Source of the DNA: Catajapyx aquilonaris
Lineage: Eukaryota
DNA: 64,000 bases
Direction: 5' to 3'
NCBI GenBank assembly: GCA_000934665.2
Contig: KZ538474.1
Location: forward strand, 1-64,000
Position numbers and translations under genes: made by a program. Under the pieces are notes generated by a model, which had not been told where the DNA came from, ran no database searches, and worked only from the letters and a program-made list of their open reading frames with translations. Shown in pieces: positions 63,430 to 64,000 of this stretch. How positions within the stretch are numbered: the stretch's first letter is position 1; every line of letters begins with the position of its first letter.

Positions 63430-64000
63430 ACCACTCCTCCTCCATTACCTCCGCATACATTCATATAGCCACAGCACTAGGGTCCCCTCTATCCAACCAC
63501 CAGCCAACACCAAGGTGCGGTTTGCTTACTTGGATGGCGCCAGCCAAGAGCACGATGGGAGGGGGGGAAATGATGGTGCTGGCCTTGGGAGGACGACTGG
63601 CGTTGCCGGTTTCGCTTTTTTCTCTTCTTCTACGATTCTTCTTCTTGCAAGGAGAGAGTTTCGGAAGACGGGTTCTGAAGCTTATACCCTGATGAGGCTG
63701 GACAGCTAACCTGGCCGCTTTTGTATTCAATAGGTCAAATGTGGGGTTCATCATATTGAAGCAGGTGTCAGGCAGGGTAGGTCAGTGGTCATTGCTGCAA
63801 ATTCGAATTTTCCTAGCAGTATTGCCCAGAGGCAAGAAGGCAAAAAAAACCAGGTCCTAAATTAAGTCCCTGTCTGCTGTTAATTGAATAACTCCCAACC
63901 CTACTGACTGAACCGTCCACAAACACACACGTGGTGAACTATTCTGAAAAATAATCTCCGCCTCCAAATCTAATTTAGATGAAGTAACCAGTGTTGAAAG

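Overview
Eukaryotic (invertebrate animal, plausibly arthropod) genomic DNA with short introns. I reconstructed four genes by hand from splice signals and recalled homology. (1) The first coding exon of the pseudophosphatase STYX (minus, 699-827; the rest lies off the left edge). (2) A cytosolic carboxypeptidase 6/AGBL4 tubulin deglutamylase (minus, 11596-14424, plus a 7- or 13-nt start exon near 19.95/20.27 kb). It has a 67-nt U12-type intron and a long basic, RGG-rich tail. (3) An 8-exon pepsin/cathepsin-D-family aspartic protease (plus, 24263-26610) with atypical features: GPI-signal-like C-terminus, 11 N-glycosylation sequons, short propeptide, no proline loop, and a renin-like substitution at the pepsin Asp303 position. 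(4) A TIS11/ZFP36 tandem CCCH gene (plus, 30551-33051) with two apparent alternative coding first exons and AU-rich elements in its own 3' UTR. The first 6 kb is dense in small mobile elements, including a V-SINE, several MITEs and a three-level nest (TTAA-flanked TIR element > mini-Helitron > tRNA-SINE). The last ~30 kb has no recognisable coding sequence. All homology calls come from memory of the families, not from database searches.
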